Of a stretch of DNA of 60,679 nucleotides, positions 54,748 through 60,679 are shown piece after piece. Source of the DNA: a virus (lineage: Duplodnaviria > Caudoviricetes); IMG/VR virus record IMGVR_UViG_3300044724_003533, positions 1 to 60,679 of that record; one strand, 5' to 3'. The notes below the pieces were generated by a model that had not been told where the DNA came from, made no database searches, and saw only the letters and a list, made by a program, of their open reading frames with translations. The position numbers and the translations under genes are program-made. Each line of letters opens with the position of its first letter. Position 1 is the first letter of the stretch.

Positions 54748-56457
54748 ATGCAGACAACAGAGATCAATGGATTTTTGATTGACGAGTTCAATCAACATAA
54801 GCTTGAAGTAGGCAAGAAGCAGGGCATATGCCCTCTTTGCTCTGCTGATAGAAAACCCAAAAATCAAAAGGCAAAATGCGCGTCTTATGATTGGGAACGG
54901 GGTCTCGGTACTTGTCATAACTGTAATTCAACTTTTCAATTGCATACTTACAAACGTAAGGGCGAAACTGAAAGAGTGTATGAACGACCTAAAGAAAAGG
55001 TTGTAAAACCACCCGACAGTAAAGTTGTTGAATGGTTTAAATCAAGAGGTATATCTCAGTCAACTCTTACCGATCTTCGGGTCGGTGAGGGTACTGAATA
55101 TATGCCACAAACCGGTAAACCCGAGAACACGATAAAGTTCAATTATTTTATGGGTGGTGATTTAATAAACATTAAATACCGCGATGGAAGAAAGAACTTT
55201 AAATTATATAAGGGTGCTGAAAAAATATTTTATAATATTGACAGCATTATAGGTTATGAGTATTGCGTAATAGTTGAAGGCGAAATGGACGTGCTAGCTT
55301 TACACGAAGCTGGTGTTACAAACGCTATATCAGTTCCAAATGGCGCAACGCTTAACACAAACAATCTAGAGTACTTAGACAACTGTATTGATTATTTTGA
55401 CGATAAAGAAAAAATAATATTAGCAGTTGATACTGATGAAGCTGGTCAAGCATTGCAAGCAGAGCTTGTAAGACGACTAGGATCTGAAGTTTGTTATCTA
55501 GCATCGTTTGATGATTGTAAAGACGCTAACGAATATTTAATAAAATATGGAACAGAAAAATTGGTACAGCGTATTACCGGAGCGAGACCGGTACCGCTCG
55601 AGAATGTCACGACATTTAGGGACATTGAAGACGAGGTCACAGACTTTGTTCGTAACGGGTTTAAACCTGGATATCAAATCGGCCTTCAAAATTTTGACGA
55701 CATCTTTTCGACTTATACTGGTCAGTTTATCACTGTTACTGGTATTCCGTCTAGCGGCAAGTCAGATTTTGTCGATCAAATGGTTGTTGGATATAACCAA
55801 AACTATGGCTGGAAAACGGCGTTCGCTAGTCCGGAAAATGTCCCAACTTACCTTCACGCACACAAACTAATGCGTAAGACTTGGCAAGGCATGCCAACTC
55901 AAGCAGATATTGGAGGAGACAAATGGAATCAAATAGCAGATCATTGTAATAGTAATTACTTTCACATTGATATGGAACGTTACACTCTAGAATCAGTACT
56001 TAAAAAAGGCGCTGAACTAGTTAAACGTAAAGGTATTAAATGCCTAGTTATTGATCCGTTTAATAAAGTCAGAGACGTTGACTGTAAGACAGAAGATGTT
56101 AATAGATACACAATGGAGTATCTAACTAAAATCGAAACATTTGCTAAAAAGTTTGATGTACTAGTATTTGTAGTAGCTCACCCAACTAAAATGTATAAAG
56201 ATAAAGATGGAAAAATTGAGGAACCTACGATGTATAATATCAAAGGCGGTGGTGAATGGTATGACGCTAGTTATCATGGCATATTGGTGCATAGGGATTA
56301 TGAAGAAAAAACGGTCAAAGCTAAGGTGCTTAAAGTAAAATTTCAAAACTTAGGACAAAATGGCGAAGAAGCTCATTTTAAATGGGAACCTAAGTCAGGT
56401 TGTTTTATACCTCATGAACCTATTAATATTAGCGCTGAAAAAATGCCCTGGGAGTAA
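54748..56457 (+). CDS. Primase-helicase (T7 gp4/Twinkle-like)
   Basis: Zn finger CPLC..CHNC, TOPRIM EGEMD..DTD..G, Walker A GIPSSGKS, VIDP and VAHP. Confidence 0.92.
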   Translation: MQTTEINGFLIDEFNQHKLEVGKKQGICPLCSADRKPKNQKAKCASYDWERGLGTCHNCNSTFQLHTYKRKGETERVYERPKEKVVKPPDSKVVEWFKSRGISQSTLTDLRVGEGTEYMPQTGKPENTIKFNYFMGGDLINIKYRDGRKNFKLYKGAEKIFYNIDSIIGYEYCVIVEGEMDVLALHEAGVTNAISVPNGATLNTNNLEYLDNCIDYFDDKEKIILAVDTDEAGQALQAELVRRLGSEVCYLASFDDCKDANEYLIKYGTEKLVQRITGARPVPLENVTTFRDIEDEVTDFVRNGFKPGYQIGLQNFDDIFSTYTGQFITVTGIPSSGKSDFVDQMVVGYNQNYGWKTAFASPENVPTYLHAHKLMRKTWQGMPTQADIGGDKWNQIADHCNSNYFHIDMERYTLESVLKKGAELVKRKGIKCLVIDPFNKVRDVDCKTEDVNRYTMEYLTKIETFAKKFDVLVFVVAHPTKMYKDKDGKIEEPTMYNIKGGGEWYDASYHGILVHRDYEEKTVKAKVLKVKFQNLGQNGEEAHFKWEPKSGCFIPHEPINISAEKMPWE

Positions 56458-56702
56458 TGGCTAAAAAAGGTAAAGTAAATATGGGTACTTATACGCCTGA
56501 TGAGCTGGAGTTTAAAGCTTATCGTTGGTGTGTTAACAACAACATATATATTGCCCCTAAAGCATTAACTGAGGCTAGATGGTCTATTGTTATAACTAAC
56601 AATAATAAAACCAACGAAGATCCTAATAGCTATACTAGAGCTGATATATGGATTAAGATTTATGAATACTATAAATATTATTACAACAAATATGAGAAAT
56701 AG
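56457..56702 (+). CDS. Hypothetical protein
   Basis: Coupled ORF. Confidence 0.55.
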   Translation: MAKKGKVNMGTYTPDELEFKAYRWCVNNNIYIAPKALTEARWSIVITNNNKTNEDPNSYTRADIWIKIYEYYKYYYNKYEK

Positions 56703-57333
56703 TTTTGACAATGCAAATGAAGCTTATGAAGAGTTATTAGATGAAGTCGTTATAAACGGTATAGACTTTGATAACACTAAAGCTTTGTTTAACTGTGGGT
56801 TTTATATTAGAGACCCTCAGAACAATCATATAACTAACGAGCAACGTAATTGGAGTTTAGATTATGCCGAGGCTGAATGGCAGTGGTATTTGTCTGGTGA
56901 TCCCAGTATACACAAGCTAGGTGAGTTGTATGGTAAAATACCACCAATATGGAAACGTATGGCTGATGAGCACGGTAATGTTAATTCAAATTACGGTTAT
57001 CAATGGAAGCGTAAAGCTCAAATAGATTATGTGTGTGCTAAGCTTAAAACAAATAAAAAGACTAGACACGCAGCAATATCTATTTATGACGGTAAAGAAT
57101 ACGACAAATACAAGACCGATACGCCGTGCACATATGCAGTTCAGTTTACAATTGTAGATGATCAGCTGTGTATGTCTGTCTATATGCGTTCTAATGACAT
57201 CTGGTACGGTTTCTGTAATGATCAGTATCAGTTTTCATCATTACAAAAAATGATTGCTAGACGTCTTAATTTAGAAATAGGTTGGTATTACCACCACGCA
57301 CACAACATGCACTTATATAACGATAAACTATAA
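56692..57333 (+). CDS. Thymidylate-synthase-family enzyme, probable dCMP hydroxymethylase/methylase
   Basis: NYG, catalytic PCT, MRSNDIWYGFCND and H.Y; short form; Asp at the specificity position. Confidence 0.7.
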   Translation: MRNSFDNANEAYEELLDEVVINGIDFDNTKALFNCGFYIRDPQNNHITNEQRNWSLDYAEAEWQWYLSGDPSIHKLGELYGKIPPIWKRMADEHGNVNSNYGYQWKRKAQIDYVCAKLKTNKKTRHAAISIYDGKEYDKYKTDTPCTYAVQFTIVDDQLCMSVYMRSNDIWYGFCNDQYQFSSLQKMIARRLNLEIGWYYHHAHNMHLYNDKL

Positions 57334-57335
57334 TT

Positions 57336-58127
57336 ATGTATTATTTATACCACATACCAGGTAAAAAGATCGGTGTTACACGTGATCTTAATAGCAGGGT
57401 TACGCAGCAACAAGGTTATGCTGCAGACGAATACGAAGTTCTACTTACTAGCGATGATATTGATTTTATATCAGACAAGGAAATAGAACTTCAACAGTCT
57501 TACGGCTATCGTAAAGACAAAACATTATATAAAAATTTATTTAAATCAAATATGAAAATAAACCCAACAGAGCAAACAAGTACGTTTCCAGTTCCAGTAA
57601 GCAAACTAAAAGGCCATTTAATGGATAACTTAGGTTTAAGCTGGACAACACCACAAGGTTATGAATTTAAAATTACTAAAGAAAATATACCTTGGATAGA
57701 GCATAATGCTAAAACCTCGATGTATAACGACAATCGAAGCTACATTTACAACAAGGCTTTTTATGAAGCCTTTTTTAATCCAAAGCATAACCCAGATAAT
57801 AATCCAAACTGGAATTGGAACTTAAAAGATGATAGATTTGAGCTAATAAGACAATGGGCTCAGGATCGTGGTATATATGCTGAAGGAAATTCACATACGC
57901 AATATGTTAAGCTAATGGAGGAAGCCGGCGAGCTAGCCGCTGCTTTGTTAAATAAACATGATCCAGAAATAATAGATGCTATTGGAGATATGGTTATAGT
58001 ACTAACCAACCTAGCAGCACTAGAAGGTTTACAAATTGAAGGCTGTATTGATTCAGCATACAACGAAATAGCTAATAGAACTGGCGTAATGCACAACGGA
58101 ACATTTGTAAAAACAGGATCATTATGA
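57336..58127 (+). CDS. Fusion protein: GIY-YIG-like N-terminus plus C-terminal MazG-like NTP pyrophosphatase
   Basis: YYLYHIPGKKIGVT....R; C-terminal KLMEEAGEL...DAIGD...AYNEI..R.G....GTFVK. Confidence 0.72.
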   Translation: MYYLYHIPGKKIGVTRDLNSRVTQQQGYAADEYEVLLTSDDIDFISDKEIELQQSYGYRKDKTLYKNLFKSNMKINPTEQTSTFPVPVSKLKGHLMDNLGLSWTTPQGYEFKITKENIPWIEHNAKTSMYNDNRSYIYNKAFYEAFFNPKHNPDNNPNWNWNLKDDRFELIRQWAQDRGIYAEGNSHTQYVKLMEEAGELAAALLNKHDPEIIDAIGDMVIVLTNLAALEGLQIEGCIDSAYNEIANRTGVMHNGTFVKTGSL

Positions 58128-58438
58128 AGATAAACACTAAAGACGAAATAGTACTAGCTGTACTTAAGAAAATGGATCAACGTAGTATTATTGGCCAGCA
58201 AAAATACGGAGCTACAATGATGCAAGAAATAGAAGGTCAAGAAAAAGATCTTAATCGTTTCTTAGTTGACGTGCAAGAAGAGCTTATGGATGCTTTGCTA
58301 TACATTGAAGCCGCCAAGCGTTGTTTGTCAGACGAGATCGAAGAAGCTATGATCAACCGAATTAACGTTGTTGGTCAAAATGGTAATGATGGTTTACACT
58401 ATCACGATATTGAAGTAAATGAACAAGAGACCTTATAA
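58124..58438 (+). CDS. All-alpha NTP-pyrophosphatase-like protein
   Basis: RS..G..KYG.T...QEELMDALLY. Confidence 0.55.
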   Translation: MKINTKDEIVLAVLKKMDQRSIIGQQKYGATMMQEIEGQEKDLNRFLVDVQEELMDALLYIEAAKRCLSDEIEEAMINRINVVGQNGNDGLHYHDIEVNEQETL

Positions 58439-58880
58439 AAAAAGAAGACGCAAAAAAGGTCCAGTGCAGTCGAAGAAGGTGTCATATGATGGCATCAACT
58501 TCGCCTCTGGCCTTGAGCGTTATATGTATATGGCTTTGAAAAAAGCAAAGATCAAAGCTAAATACGAAGGAGAGACTTTTGTTTTACTAGCCGGTTTTCA
58601 TTTTGATAACGAGGTGTATGAAAGGCAAGCCAATGGCAAAGGTGATTATAAAAATAGAGGTTGCAAACGTATACTACCTATTAAGTACACGCCAGATTTC
58701 ATTGGTGAGGATTTTATAATAGAAACAAAAGGTAGAGCTAATGAATCATTTCCAATGCGTTGGAAGTTATTTAAAAGATTAGTTATGAATCAATTTCCTA
58801 ATGTAACATTGTACAAACCACAAAATCAAAAAGAATGCGACGAGACAATAAGCATAATCCTTTCGAAGCGAAAAGGATAG
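58419..58880 (+). CDS. Endonuclease I-like Holliday junction resolvase
   Basis: FASGLE, YE, YTPDF and IETKG (T7 gp3-like). Confidence 0.78.
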   Translation: MNKRPYKKRRRKKGPVQSKKVSYDGINFASGLERYMYMALKKAKIKAKYEGETFVLLAGFHFDNEVYERQANGKGDYKNRGCKRILPIKYTPDFIGEDFIIETKGRANESFPMRWKLFKRLVMNQFPNVTLYKPQNQKECDETISIILSKRKG

Positions 58881-59454
58881 CTAGACAGAAGTATGCCGAG
58901 CGTCAAATTGATAAGTTTGTCAAGTGGAGCTGGGAAATTAGAGGTAAAGTTAAATATAAAGAACTAGTAGAATTACAAGAACAATATGGAATTAGATGTA
59001 GCTAGAATAGAGGAATACGCTAGACAAAAGTATCCTAAGACGTTTAAAGATAAAACAATGACTATAACAGAGAATCAAAGTTTTTATCTTATAAAAACAA
59101 ACAAAGACGAATCACCATTAATACTAAGTAAAAACATATGAAAGAAGAACAAAAAAAAGTTTGGAGTTTATCAATAGGTACATATCCAGGAATATTATTA
59201 GGTATGAGAACATATTACGAAGATGAGCAAACAACGCATGTGTTTTATCTACCATTTATTGACTTAGCATTAGAAGTTTATAAGTAATGAAAGAAGATAA
59301 AGATTCACAACTAGAAGTCATATGTGTGTTTGTAGATGACATACTAGATGATATGTCTAAACTTAAAAGAACGACTAAAAAAGATGATCTATTTGCTTAT
59401 ATAGACTCTTGGAAAACAAACATGAAAACAATTAAAACAATAACAGAGTTATAA
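58835..59454 (+). other. Four small coupled ORFs (58835-59005, 58986-59141, 59138-59287, 59287-59454)
   Basis: Translated by hand, 49-56 aa each, with overlapping starts and stops. Confidence 0.55.
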
Positions 59455-60422
59455 TGGGATTATTCGACGAAAGAATAGCATATAAGCCTTTTGAGTATCC
59501 TGAGTACTATACAGAAGGCTGGTTAAAACAAGCTCAAGCATTTTGGCTGCATACTGAGATCTCAATGCAGAGCGACATTAAAGACTGGAAAGAAAAACTA
59601 AATGACAAAGAGAAGAACTTGGTTGGAAACATACTACTCGGCTTCGCACAAACGGAATGCGCAGTGTCGGATTATTGGACGCAGAAAGTTGTCGGGTGGT
59701 TTCCTAAACACGAAATACAACAGATGGCAATGATGTTTGGCTCGCAAGAGACAGTACATGCAGTTGCATATAGTTATTTAAATGAAACATTAAAATTAGA
59801 AGATTATGAAGCGTTTTTGCACGAACCTGCTACAGCACAGAGATTTGATAATCTGGTTGCTTATGACGGCACAAATTCTATTGGTATTGGTAAGTCACTT
59901 GCCGTATTTTCTGCTTTCGCAGAAGGCGTTAGTTTGTATTCAGCTTTTGCTGTTTTATACAGCTTCCAGTTACGTAATTTACTCAAGGGTATTGGACAGC
60001 AAATGAAATGGTCAGTAAGAGATGAGTCATTGCATAGCAAGATGGGTTGCAAACTATTTCGCGATATGTGCAGTGAAAACAATCAATTACTGAATTTATG
60101 TCGAGAAGATATAATAAAAGCTGCAGAAACCATGATAAAACTTGAAACTAAATATATAGACAAGATGTTTGAAATGGGTGACATAGAAGGCATTAAGTCT
60201 AATGATTTAAAACATTTTATAAAAAAGAGAGCAAATGAAAAACTGGTTGAACTTGGTTACGTTGACTTGGGGAACTATTTCCCGTATGACAAGAATGCAG
60301 CGTCTAATCTTGATTGGTTCTATCATCTTACCGGCGGGGTCACTCATACTGATTTTTTCGCGATTAGGCCGACGGATTACTCGAAAGCTGGCGAAGGGGA
60401 AGACTTCGAAGACATTTGGTAG
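59454..60422 (+). CDS. nrdB: Ribonucleotide reductase class I beta subunit
   Basis: FW...E, ETVHAVAY, EGVSLYSAF, RDESLH and DFFA...TDYSK. Confidence 0.93.
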   Translation: MGLFDERIAYKPFEYPEYYTEGWLKQAQAFWLHTEISMQSDIKDWKEKLNDKEKNLVGNILLGFAQTECAVSDYWTQKVVGWFPKHEIQQMAMMFGSQETVHAVAYSYLNETLKLEDYEAFLHEPATAQRFDNLVAYDGTNSIGIGKSLAVFSAFAEGVSLYSAFAVLYSFQLRNLLKGIGQQMKWSVRDESLHSKMGCKLFRDMCSENNQLLNLCREDIIKAAETMIKLETKYIDKMFEMGDIEGIKSNDLKHFIKKRANEKLVELGYVDLGNYFPYDKNAASNLDWFYHLTGGVTHTDFFAIRPTDYSKAGEGEDFEDIW

Positions 60423-60457
60423 AATAATAACAGAAGAAGAAATATACGAACAATTAT

Positions 60458-60679
60458 ATGAAAAGTCAAAAGAGTAGTAGAGTTGATCTACTAGAGAAAA
60501 AGATACAAGCCTTAATAGGTGTTGTACAACAGCTGTTAGATGAAAACGCTTATTTAAAAGATTTGGCAGTAGGAACATTAGAAACAATTAAACAAATGCC
60601 AGATTATGAAGAAGCCATCGAGAAGCTTAAAGAACAAGTTGCTAAGGAGTCTAGTGAGACAGAAAAGACTGAGTCCTTG
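60458..60679 (+). CDS. Hypothetical coiled-coil protein, partial
   Basis: MKSQKSSRVDLLEKKIQAL..., open to the window end. Confidence 0.55.
   Translation, partial: MKSQKSSRVDLLEKKIQALIGVVQQLLDENAYLKDLAVGTLETIKQMPDYEEAIEKLKEQVAKESSETEKTESL

Noticed and set aside
1-60679. Stop-codon reassignment as in some crAss-like phages
   Set aside because: Long genes are intact in the standard code, TAG and TGA both end genes, and no suppressor tRNA was seen.

Overview
This window is most of a tailed dsDNA phage genome. It is AT-rich, uses the standard genetic code and has A-rich Shine-Dalgarno-less start contexts, which fit a Bacteroidota/Flavobacteria host. The virion genes look podovirus-like and distantly crAss-like. 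Two divergent arms meet at about 41.35-41.77 kb. The minus-strand arm (1-41.3 kb) is the late module: a >2760-aa giant virion protein cut by the window edge and missing from the ORF track, tail stabilisation and ring proteins, major capsid, scaffold, portal, terminase, head-spike and tail fibres, holin, and GroEL/GroES. The plus-strand arm (41.8-60.7 kb) carries many small early genes, a nucleotidase, ligase, DNA glycosylase, sigma factor, ERF/exonuclease/SSB, primase-helicase, a thymidylate-synthase-family enzyme, MazG-like proteins, a resolvase and the RNR beta subunit. Highlights: (1) a cluster of structured ncRNAs, including a 79-nt mini-tmRNA (tRNA-like domain with G3-U70 but no tag reading frame) and two other anticodon-less tRNA mimics; (2) two families of phage-specific promoter-like motifs (7 early copies, 8 middle/late copies), with a candidate sigma-region-2-like segment inside the giant virion protein and a separate sigma gene; (3) three exactly 45-bp inverted-repeat sites, one overlapping the start of an HTH gene; (4) a P-loop kinase nested inside a HAD phosphatase in the giant protein; (5) a TS-family enzyme with the dCMP-type Asp, suggesting modified cytosine. 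All calls come from reading the sequence by eye; no searches were run.
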